A stretch of 64,000 nucleotides of DNA, taken from positions 1,984,001 to 2,048,000 of the forward strand of contig OY821641.1 of NCBI GenBank assembly GCA_963555995.3, written 5' to 3'. Numbering within the stretch: the stretch's first letter is position 1; every line of letters begins with the position of its first letter. This DNA is from Vicinamibacteria bacterium (GTDB lineage: Bacteria > Acidobacteriota > Vicinamibacteria > Marinacidobacterales > Marinacidobacteraceae). Positions 1 to 8,194 of the stretch are shown piece after piece. Made by a program: the position numbers and the translations under genes. Below the pieces are notes generated by a model that was not told the DNA's origin, searched no databases, and was given only the letters and a program-made list of their open reading frames with translations.

Positions 1-797
1 GACTGGATGAGCGGGCTCTGGGCCGCACTGCCCCCGGCCAGCACCAGCGGTTCCGCCAGATCGGTCCCCTCGTAACGCACCCCAGGCTCGAACCACCCGG
101 AAAACGGGGGACGCACCCGGTGGTAGAACACGTGCGGGTCGCAGCCCTCGCGGGTGCGCTCGGTCAGGACGGTGACTCGTCGGATGGTCTCGCTGAGCCG
201 CCCGAGTTCAGCGGCGACGGTCTCGGTATCTCCCGCTTCGGCGGCGGTCTCCAGGCGGACGATCCGGTCCGGCTCCTCGCCCCCGCACGCCTCGATGGCC
301 ACCGCGATGGTGAGGAACCAGGTCTCGTCGGTGCTGCCGTGGATGCCCACGAGATTGGCGAGGTTCTCGACCTCGATGGGGCCGGACGGATCGAGCCGCC
401 GCCAGTTGTGCATGGCGAGGCTCGCGTGCGAGAGGATCGGCGGCCGTCCAAGCCGCCGCGACAGCGCCACCAGCGGACGGGCGAGGGACGGCGGCAGGCT
501 CGCCGCCGGCGGATCCGTCATGTGCACGTAGGCCCCGGCGAAGAAAGTGAACAGCAGCATCGCGCGCTCGACTTCGGGGCCGTCCGCCAGGGATGTCGGA
601 TCGAACTCCGGGAGCCCGGCGAGATCGCGCCGCACCCGGCCGACCAGGTAGCGGGCGGAGACGTCGAGCGCCATCTCCTCCCACGCCTCGAACCCCGGCG
701 GCAGCCGCCGAAGCGGCTCGTAGGGAGGCAGGAAGCCCCGCGGCCCCGGCACGCCGCCCGCCGCGGCCAGCCGGCGAAGAGGTTCCGTCGCCGTCAT
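1..797 (-). CDS. Indoleamine 2,3-dioxygenase family protein (partial, runs off window start)
   Basis: Not in the ORF track (no stop in window). Manual translation from ATG 797: MTATEPLRRL..RGFLP..LGRPPILSHASLAMHNW..STDETWFLTIAVAIE..CDPHVFYHRVRP..LAGGSAAQSPLIQ, matching IDO motifs (RGFLP, NW, E.WF, GGSAxQS). Confidence 0.85.
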   Translation of the reverse strand, partial: MTATEPLRRLAAAGGVPGPRGFLPPYEPLRRLPPGFEAWEEMALDVSARYLVGRVRRDLAGLPEFDPTSLADGPEVERAMLLFTFFAGAYVHMTDPPAASLPPSLARPLVALSRRLGRPPILSHASLAMHNWRRLDPSGPIEVENLANLVGIHGSTDETWFLTIAVAIEACGGEEPDRIVRLETAAEAGDTETVAAELGRLSETIRRVTVLTERTREGCDPHVFYHRVRPPFSGWFEPGVRYEGTDLAEPLVLAGGSAAQSPLIQ

Positions 798-886
798 CCG
801 GCAACCGGGCAGTGGAGCGCGCTCAACACCGGCGGGAGTGTGCCACGCGGCGTCCTCCGTATGATCGGCGCCGCCCGGAGGTCCCC

Positions 887-1417
887 ATGCGCACCGCCCT
901 TCCCTTCCTCTTCGCCCTCGTCACCGCCCTCGCCTGGGGGCTCTACGGACCGACGCTCGGGCAGGCCCGGCTCGCCGACGCGACCGCCAGTCCCTTCAAG
1001 CCGTACCTGGGGATCGGGATCGCCTACCTGGTGGTGGCGATCGCGGGCGGGGCCGTGGGCATGTGGCTCCGGGGAGATAACTTCTCCTTCGCGCCGATCG
1101 CGGGCAGCAGCCTCGCCTGGGGGTTCGCGGCGGGCCTCCTGGGAGCGCTCGGGGCCTTCGGCCTCACCATGGCGATGTTCACGGGGGGCGCGCGCATCCC
1201 CCACGCGGTCATGCCGGTCGTGTTCGGGGGCGCGGTCACGATCACCGCGATCTCGACGCTGCTCCTGTCGGGAGGACGCCTGCGCGGCGGGCCGATGCTC
1301 TGGGTCGGGATCGCGGGGGTGCTGCTGTCGGTGTTGCTGATCACCACCAACACCCCGCACGCGCCGCCGCCCTCCAAGGCGGCGACGGAGGGATCGCGGG
1401 AGGCTCCACCGGGTTAA
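887..1417 (+). CDS. Small multi-pass membrane protein (EamA/DMT-like)
   Basis: About 5 hydrophobic helices, WGLYGP motif; GGAGG upstream of ATG 887. Confidence 0.7.
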   Translation: MRTALPFLFALVTALAWGLYGPTLGQARLADATASPFKPYLGIGIAYLVVAIAGGAVGMWLRGDNFSFAPIAGSSLAWGFAAGLLGALGAFGLTMAMFTGGARIPHAVMPVVFGGAVTITAISTLLLSGGRLRGGPMLWVGIAGVLLSVLLITTNTPHAPPPSKAATEGSREAPPG

Positions 1418-1597
1418 CGGCCTGTGGCAAAACCCGCGCGGCGTTCGAGCGGCGATGCATCCCGCCTGAACCGCGCCTCTACGAGGCGCTCTGCGTTGCG
1501 TTTCGGTCGGAATACGCCCGGTATTCCTCCCTCACGCGCCTTGTCAGCCGGGCGCCTCCCCGCTCTCGGCGCTCACGTGGGTTTCACCACAGGCTGT
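1417..1597 (+). mobile_element. 181-bp MITE, copy 1
   Basis: Ends ACGGCCTGTGG...CCACAGGCTGT, TA on both sides; highly similar to 5045-5225 and 49923-50103. Confidence 0.85.
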
Positions 1598-1650
1598 TAA
1601 CGGCCTCGGGCTCACGCGGAGGTCCGGGCCGTCGGTGGGGAGTGGGGTTG

Positions 1651-1750
1651 CGACGTGCGCGGCGCGGAGCGCCGGGCGTGCCGGTCCGGAGACCGGCGTT
1701 CCCGGCCGGCGGGCCAGCGGCCCGCTGTGCCGGCTGAAGCCGGCGTTCCC
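1651..1750. repeat. REP-like palindromes (two)
   Basis: GTGCCGGTCCGGAGACCGGCGTTCC and GTGCCGGCTGAAGCCGGCGTTCC. Confidence 0.8.
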
Positions 1751-1761
1751 GGCCGTTTCTG

Positions 1762-2856
1762 CTATTCGGCCAGGACCCGGAGGCCGTCGCGGCTGATTCC
1801 GGCGCCGCTGAGCACGAGTCCCACGGACGCGATCTCCGGGTCCAGGTGCGCGAGCGCCGCCACGGGGAGGGCGGCGGAACCCTCGACCATGGCGAAGCGA
1901 TTCTGAAGCACCCGCCGCATGCCGGCGGCGATCTCGTCCTCGTCCAGCAGGACCCATGCGTCCACCAGCTCCGAGCAAAGATCGAGGGTGACGGCGCCGT
2001 CCTCGACCCCGCCCGCCACCGCGTCGGCGAGCGTCGGCTCGAACGGCACGTCGCGTCCCGACTCCAGGAGGCGCCCGGCGCGGACCGAGGCCGCCATGAC
2101 GGCGGAGGCGCGCGGCTGGCAACCCACCACCCGGATGCCGGGCCGGGCATGTTTCAGCCAGCCGGCGATGCCCGCGATGAGGCCGCCGCCTCCCACCGGC
2201 ACGAGCACCGCGTCGAGCGGCTCGTCGCCGAGCGAGGCGTCCATCTCGAACCCGACCGTCCCCTGCCCCGCGATGATGTCCGGATCGTTGTAGGGCGAGA
2301 TGAACGGCCGTCCACTCCGCTCCGCCTCCTCGCGCGCGGCGTACTCGGACTCCACCGCGTCGTCGCCGACGAGGCGCAGCTCGACGACGTCGCCGTACTG
2401 CTCGTCGAGCGCCCGCCGCTTCGAATCGGCCACCGTCCGCGGCAGGAACACCACACCGCGACCGCCGAGCAGCGAGAGCGCGTGGGCCGTCGCGCGGCCG
2501 TGGTTCCCGGTGGATGCGGTGACGACTCCCTCGCGGAGCGCCCGTTCGCCCTCCGTGTCCCGCAGCGCCAGCAGCTTGTTCAGGGCGCCCCGGATCTTGA
2601 ACGACCCCGTGACGCCGAAACACTCGAGCTTCCAGCGAACCACGCCGCCGGGCGTGGCGGACGCCCGTTCGCGGCTCAGGCCGGCGGCGATCTCGAAGGG
2701 CGTCTCGGGCAGGAACGGCCGGATCCGGGAAGCCGCACCCCGCACGCGTTCCGGCAATTCGCGGAGCAGCGCGGCCCCCGGCGCCGAACCGGCCGGGGGC
2801 GCCGCCGCTCGGCTAGCATTCCCGCTTTCCGCAGCCCCGGAACCCGACATCGTCAC
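1762..2856 (-). CDS. PLP-dependent threonine/serine dehydratase
   Basis: KLE..GSFKIRGA, ASTGNHG, GQGT and PVGGGGL motifs; start codon uncertain. Confidence 0.9.
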   Translation of the reverse strand: MTMSGSGAAESGNASRAAAPPAGSAPGAALLRELPERVRGAASRIRPFLPETPFEIAAGLSRERASATPGGVVRWKLECFGVTGSFKIRGALNKLLALRDTEGERALREGVVTASTGNHGRATAHALSLLGGRGVVFLPRTVADSKRRALDEQYGDVVELRLVGDDAVESEYAAREEAERSGRPFISPYNDPDIIAGQGTVGFEMDASLGDEPLDAVLVPVGGGGLIAGIAGWLKHARPGIRVVGCQPRASAVMAASVRAGRLLESGRDVPFEPTLADAVAGGVEDGAVTLDLCSELVDAWVLLDEDEIAAGMRRVLQNRFAMVEGSAALPVAALAHLDPEIASVGLVLSGAGISRDGLRVLAE

Positions 2857-2874
2857 GTAAGGAGAAAGAGTCTA

Positions 2875-4509
2875 ATGAGCCAGGGAATTCAGGCCGTCCC
2901 CCGCCCCGCCAACGAGCCCGTCCGCGCCTACGAGCCGGGAAGCGCCGACCGCGCGGCCCTCGAGGCCGAGATCCGCCACCAGTCGAATCAGGTTGCGGAG
3001 ATCCCGGTCATCATCGGCGGCCGGGAGATCCGCACCGGCAAGATCGCCGAGGTCCGGTCGCCGCACAACCACTCCCACGTCCTGGCCCGCTACCACGAGG
3101 CCACCCCCGAACTCGTGGAGGAGGCGGTCGCCGCCGCCGCCGACGCGTGGCGGGCCTGGTCCGAACTCGACCACCGGGCGCGCGCCAGCCTCTATCTGCG
3201 CATGGCCGACCTGCTGGTCGGCCCCCGCCGCTACCGGATGAACGCCGCCACCATGCTCGGCCAGTCGAAGACCAGCCACCAAGCGGAGATCGAGGCCGCC
3301 TGCGAGTTCGCCGACATGCTGCGGTTCAACGCCTACTTCCTCGATCAGCTCGTGCGGCAGCAGCCGGTGGGCGACCCCGACCCGGGGGTCTGGAACTACC
3401 TCGAGTACCGCGCCCTCGAGGGGTTCATCTTCGCGGTGAGCCCGTTCAACTTCACGGCCCTCGGCGGGAACCTGGCGATGGCGCCGGCGATCATGGGGAA
3501 CACCATCGTCTGGAAGCCCGCGGAGACGCAGATGCTCTCCGCGTACTACCTCATGGAGCTCTACCGGGAGGCCGGACTGCCGGACGGCGTCGTCAACATG
3601 CTCCCCGGGCACGGGCCCACCATCGGCGCCCCGGCGCTCGCCCAGGAAACCCTCGCCGGCGTCCATTTCACCGGCTCCACGGCCACCTTCCAGCACATCT
3701 GGAAGACGGTCGGGGAGAACATCGCGAACTACCGTTCCTATCCGCGCGTGGTCGGCGAGACGGGGGGCAAGAACTTCGTGGTGGCCCACGAGTCCGCCGA
3801 TGCGGAAGCGCTGGTCGCCAACCTGATTCGGGGAGCCTACGAGTTCCAGGGACAGAAGTGTTCCGCCGCTTCCCGCGCCTACCTGCCGGCCAGCATGAAG
3901 GACGAGTTCCTCGAGCGTTTCCTCGCCGAGGCGAAGACCGTGACCATGGGCGATCCGACCGACTTCGCCAACTTCATGGGTGCGGTGATTGACGAGCGTT
4001 CCTTCCACAAGATCTCGGGATATCTCGACTACGCGCGCGAAGAATCGTCCTGCACGGTGATGATGGGCGGACGTGCCGACGGGGCCGTCGGCTGGTTCGT
4101 GGAACCCACCCTGGTGGTGACGGACAACCCGCAGAATCGGCTAATGCAGGAGGAGATCTTCGGACCGGTGCTGTGCGTCTATTTCTACCCGGACAACCAG
4201 TACGCCGAGACCCTCGACCTCTGCCGGAGCACGTCGCCGTACGGCCTGACCGGCGCGGTCTTCGCGAACGACCGCCTGGCGACCGAACAGGCGTACGACG
4301 CCCTCCGTCACGCCGCCGGAAACTTCTACATCAACGACAAGCCCACCGGCGCGGTGATCGGCCAGCAGCCCTTCGGCGGCGGCCGGGCCTCGGGGACGAA
4401 CGACAAGACGGGGCTCGGTTCCCACCTCCTCCGCTGGACCAACATCCGCACCGTCAAGGAGAACTTCGCGCCGGCGAAGGACTACCGCTACCCGTTCCTG
4501 AGCGCGTAG
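2875..4509 (+). CDS. pruA: L-glutamate gamma-semialdehyde (P5C) dehydrogenase
   Basis: NEPV, SPFNF, FTGST, GETGGKN, FQGQKCSA, EEIFGP, QQPFGGGRASGTNDK; AAGGAG RBS. Confidence 0.95.
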   Translation: MSQGIQAVPRPANEPVRAYEPGSADRAALEAEIRHQSNQVAEIPVIIGGREIRTGKIAEVRSPHNHSHVLARYHEATPELVEEAVAAAADAWRAWSELDHRARASLYLRMADLLVGPRRYRMNAATMLGQSKTSHQAEIEAACEFADMLRFNAYFLDQLVRQQPVGDPDPGVWNYLEYRALEGFIFAVSPFNFTALGGNLAMAPAIMGNTIVWKPAETQMLSAYYLMELYREAGLPDGVVNMLPGHGPTIGAPALAQETLAGVHFTGSTATFQHIWKTVGENIANYRSYPRVVGETGGKNFVVAHESADAEALVANLIRGAYEFQGQKCSAASRAYLPASMKDEFLERFLAEAKTVTMGDPTDFANFMGAVIDERSFHKISGYLDYAREESSCTVMMGGRADGAVGWFVEPTLVVTDNPQNRLMQEEIFGPVLCVYFYPDNQYAETLDLCRSTSPYGLTGAVFANDRLATEQAYDALRHAAGNFYINDKPTGAVIGQQPFGGGRASGTNDKTGLGSHLLRWTNIRTVKENFAPAKDYRYPFLSA

Positions 4510-4517
4510 CCTTTTCC

Positions 4518-4832
4518 ATGATGGACGAAGCGCTGGTCCTGCCGGACGACAAGCTTCGCGAGGCCCAGAGCGTCGTGGAAGACCTGCTGCGCTCCACGTT
4601 TCCGAACACGAACTTCACGTCCATCCGGCTCCAGCCGGACCTGGACCACGACGGCTACGAGGTCGTTCGGGTTGACGCGTTCTATCGCGGGAGCGCCGCC
4701 GAAATCGACCCTGGCAGGAACGTGGCCCTCGGTCCGGAACTGTGGCGCCGCCTGCGCGCCATCGGGATCAGCGCGTTCCCGATCCACATGTTCCGGGACG
4801 TCGACGAGAAGCCCTATGGCCGCTGCTCCTGA
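4518..4832 (+). CDS. Small protein, putative antitoxin (MNT-like) partner of the HEPN gene
   Basis: 104 aa, overlaps the HEPN start; D.DHDG..V.RVD acidic motif; function inferred from context. Confidence 0.55.
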   Translation: MMDEALVLPDDKLREAQSVVEDLLRSTFPNTNFTSIRLQPDLDHDGYEVVRVDAFYRGSAAEIDPGRNVALGPELWRRLRAIGISAFPIHMFRDVDEKPYGRCS

Positions 4833-5493
4833 CGAACTCACGAGCGCCGACCTCCTCAGGGTGGCGCTCGACCTGCTCGACGCCGCCGAACGACGCCGCT
4901 CCGGTGCACATCTCCGCCGTGCTCTGAGTACGGCGTATTACGCCATGTTCCATTCTCTGGCGCGGGTGTCCGCGGACCGCCTCGTGGGACGCACTGGCGC
5001 GCAACCGGACAGGGCAGCGTGGTTGCACGTCTATCGCGCGCCTAACAGCCGGTGGTGAAACCCACGTGAGCGGCGAGAGCGGCGAGGCGCCCGGCTGACA
5101 AGGCGCGTGAGGGAGGAATACCGGGCGTATTCCGACCGAAACGCAACGCCGAGCGCCGCAAAGCGGCGCGGTTCAGGCGGGATGCATCGCCGCTCGAACG
5201 CCGCGTGGGTTTTGCCACAGGCTGTTAAGCACCGGCACGCAAGGAGCCAGTGCCTGCAATCCGGCGCGATGGCGGTCCGGCCCACGAACATCCAGCAGTT
5301 CGCCGTCCGGTTCGCAGCGTTGCAGGACCTGCGACATCGGGCCGACTACAACCCCGCTGCCGTACTCGAATACGCGGCCGCTCATCAGTCCGTGGAGTCC
5401 GCAGCCAAGAGCATCCGCCTTTTCGAGGAAGCGTCCGCTGCCGAACAGGCTGCGTTCGCCGCGTGGGTGTTGCTGGCCGCCCGCAGATCCTGA
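4816..5493 (+). pseudogene. HEPN-domain protein interrupted by a MITE
   Basis: LRRALSTAYYAMFH N-terminus and LQDLRHRADY C-terminus; removing 5045-5227 restores YRAPKHRHAR. Confidence 0.85.
5045..5225 (-). mobile_element. 181-bp MITE, copy 2 (inverted)
   Basis: ACAGCCGGTGG...CCACAGGCTGT with TA duplication at 5043-5044 and 5226-5227. Confidence 0.9.
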
Positions 5494-5529
5494 CGCCCCG
5501 CGCCCGGCGTCTCCTATGATTCGCCGCCC

Positions 5530-6969
5530 ATGCGGCGCCATCTCCTCCCCCTGATCGCGGCGCTGGCGTTCGCGCCGGCCGCCCCCGCCCAGCCGCCGGA
5601 CACGCTCACGCATCCGGGCGACCGGCACGAACTTGCCGACCGGTACCGGGAGACCGCCGGACGGATCCTGGGCGCCGCGCTCACCGACGTGGACGGCTGG
5701 GCGAAGCTGGAGCACCTCGCGCTCCGCATCGGCCACCGGCTGAGCGGTTCCGTCGGCCTCGAACGCGCCATCCAGTGGGCGGCGGACACCATGCGGGAAG
5801 AGGAACTGGACCGGGTCCACCTCCAGGAGGTCATGGTTCCCCACTGGGTGCGCGGTCCGGCGCGGGCCACGCTCCTCGCGCCCATGGAGGACGACCTGCC
5901 GATCCTCGCGCTGGGAGGCAGCGTGGCGACCCCTCCCGAAGGGATCACCGCCCCGGTGGTGGTCGCCCGGTCCTTCGAGGAGTTGGCCGCGATGCCGCGC
6001 GAGGCAGTCGAGGGCCGGATCGTCGTCTGGGCCGTTCCCTGGATGGGATACGGCGGGACCGGCGCCTACCGGCGGATGGGAGCGAGCCGCGCGGCGATGC
6101 AGGGCGCGGTGGCGAGCCTCACCCGCTCCGCGACCGGGAGGAGCCTGAACACCCCGCACACCGGCAACATGCGCTACGAGGAGGGCGTGCCGAAGATCCC
6201 CACGGCCGCCCTCACCGTCGAGGACGCGGAGCGGCTCCGGCGACTGGACGACCTCGGCGAGGCCATCGAGATCCGCCTCGAACTCGAGGCCGAGACCCTT
6301 CCCGACGCCCTCTCGCACAACGTGATGGCCGAGATCACCGGCAGCGAACTGCCCGATGAGGTGGTCGTCATGGGCGGCCACTACGACTCGTGGGACGTGG
6401 GCCACGGCGTCCACGACGACGGGGCCGCCTGCATCGCCGCCTGGCACGGCCTGACCCTCCTCCGGCGGCTCGGCCTGCGGCCCCGGCGCACCCTGCGCGT
6501 TGTGCTCTGGACCAACGAGGAGAACGGGCTGCGCGGCGGGGAGGCCTACCGCGAATTCGTCGGCGACGGGATCAACGACCATGTGGCGGCCATCGAGATG
6601 GACGGCGGCAACGAGCGTCCGGTGGGATTCGGCATCGGGCTACCGTGGGTCGGGGAAGGGCCGGAAGCCGACGCGGCCTACGGGGAGGCCCTCGCCATCC
6701 TCCGTCCCATCGGGAGCCTCTTCTCGGCGATCGACGCCGACGCCATGACGAGGGGCGGCGGCGGCGCGGACATCCGGCCGCTCATGGCCGACGGGGTGCC
6801 GGGGATCGGGTTCCGCACCGTGAGCGAGCACTACTTCGACTGGCACCACACGGCGTCCGACACCCTTGACAAGCTGGACCCCGACCACTTCCGGCGGGCG
6901 GTAGGGATGCTCGCGGTGCTCGGGTTCGTCCTCGCCGACATGCCGGACCGGCTGCCGCACGGGGGCTGA
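5530..6969 (+). CDS. M28 family metallopeptidase (carboxypeptidase Q-like), secreted
   Basis: Signal peptide; GGHYDSWD, DDG, NEENGL, E.D and HHTASDT motifs; PA domain. Confidence 0.92.
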   Translation: MRRHLLPLIAALAFAPAAPAQPPDTLTHPGDRHELADRYRETAGRILGAALTDVDGWAKLEHLALRIGHRLSGSVGLERAIQWAADTMREEELDRVHLQEVMVPHWVRGPARATLLAPMEDDLPILALGGSVATPPEGITAPVVVARSFEELAAMPREAVEGRIVVWAVPWMGYGGTGAYRRMGASRAAMQGAVASLTRSATGRSLNTPHTGNMRYEEGVPKIPTAALTVEDAERLRRLDDLGEAIEIRLELEAETLPDALSHNVMAEITGSELPDEVVVMGGHYDSWDVGHGVHDDGAACIAAWHGLTLLRRLGLRPRRTLRVVLWTNEENGLRGGEAYREFVGDGINDHVAAIEMDGGNERPVGFGIGLPWVGEGPEADAAYGEALAILRPIGSLFSAIDADAMTRGGGGADIRPLMADGVPGIGFRTVSEHYFDWHHTASDTLDKLDPDHFRRAVGMLAVLGFVLADMPDRLPHGG

Positions 6970-7883
6970 GCCTGAGTCCCACGGCAACACCCAGCCGCGT
7001 CCTCCGCTCCGAGGCGATCACCCCTTCCGGGTTCGGCCGGGTCGTCGAGACGTTCTCGCTCGCGGAGGCCGCGGACGACCAGCTCGCCGCGCTCCGCCGG
7101 CTGTGGCTCGATTCGGGAGGGCTCCTGGTGCTGCGCACCGGCGAAGCGCTCTGCCCCAAGGACTTCCTGCGCTTCTGCCGGGCTTTCGGACCGCTCGAGC
7201 AGAACGAGAAGTACGACCCCGACTTCCTGCTGCCCGGGTATCCGGAGATCCTGCGGCTGGGCAACCTCCACCGGGACGGCAAGTACCGGGCGCTCTTCGT
7301 GCGCGCCGAACCCGGCGAGATCCTCTGGCACACCGACGACAGCTTCCGCTATCCGCAGCCCGCCGGTTCGATCTTCCACTGCCGGACCCATCCCGAGACC
7401 GGCGGCGGCACCTGGTACGCGGGGATGGCCCACGCCTGGGACGCCCTGTCCTCGCGCCTCCGCGACCACATCGAGGGCCGGTTCGCCGTCCACTCCTACA
7501 CCTTCCTCGACGACCGCCTCCGCCGGGACAACCCCCACCGCCGGGAAATGCCTCCGGAAGTACGGCGCACCCACCCCCCGGTGGTCCGGCCCCTGGTGGT
7601 CCGCCACCCGGAAACCGGCCGCCGGGCGCTCCTGATCCCGGACTGCCACATCGAGTCCGTGACGGGCCTGCAAGAAGCGGAAACGAGGTCGCTGCTCGCC
7701 GAACTCCTCGCCCACGCCACCGGCCCCGACTTCGCCGTCGGCTGGCAGTGGCGTCCGGGCGACGTCGCCGTCTGGGACAACCGCTGCGCCATGCACGCCG
7801 GCTCCCCGTTCGACGAACGCGAAGCCCGGCTCATGTATCGCGTCACCTTCACCGGCCCGGACACCTACGACGGCGAACGGTGA
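6966..7883 (+). CDS. TauD/TfdA family 2OG-Fe(II) dioxygenase
   Basis: WHTD, HPETGR and WDNRCAMH...R motifs; frame is open and TauD-like upstream of GTG 7128 back to CTG 6966/6972; start uncertain. Confidence 0.85.
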   Translation: MSLSPTATPSRVLRSEAITPSGFGRVVETFSLAEAADDQLAALRRLWLDSGGLLVLRTGEALCPKDFLRFCRAFGPLEQNEKYDPDFLLPGYPEILRLGNLHRDGKYRALFVRAEPGEILWHTDDSFRYPQPAGSIFHCRTHPETGGGTWYAGMAHAWDALSSRLRDHIEGRFAVHSYTFLDDRLRRDNPHRREMPPEVRRTHPPVVRPLVVRHPETGRRALLIPDCHIESVTGLQEAETRSLLAELLAHATGPDFAVGWQWRPGDVAVWDNRCAMHAGSPFDEREARLMYRVTFTGPDTYDGER

Positions 7884-7896
7884 GAGGCCACTGGCC

Positions 7897-8073
7897 GGGG
7901 AGCGCCGGTCTTCAGACCGGCACCGCTGCGCGCCAGCGCAGCGAAACGCGCGCTGCCGGTTCGCCGAGGGCCCGGTATCGTGCAGGCGACGCAGTCCTTC
8001 TTGGAGGTCCGGGCTGCACCGCACTTTCGCAGCCCTCCCGGGCTGCGATGCCGGTCTGAAGACCGGCGCTCCC
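7897..8073. repeat. Inverted REP pair (REPIN-like)
   Basis: GGGAGCGCCGGTCTTCAGACCGGCA ... TGCCGGTCTGAAGACCGGCGCTCCC. Confidence 0.85.
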
Positions 8074-8194
8074 TCACGGCAGAGCCATCCGGATGATTGG
8101 CGACCCCGGACCACGATTTGGGCAGCAACGAGCCGGAGTTCCGGCGGTCCCTGAACAGCAACAATCAGATCCACGTATGGGGGAAACTTCGCCA

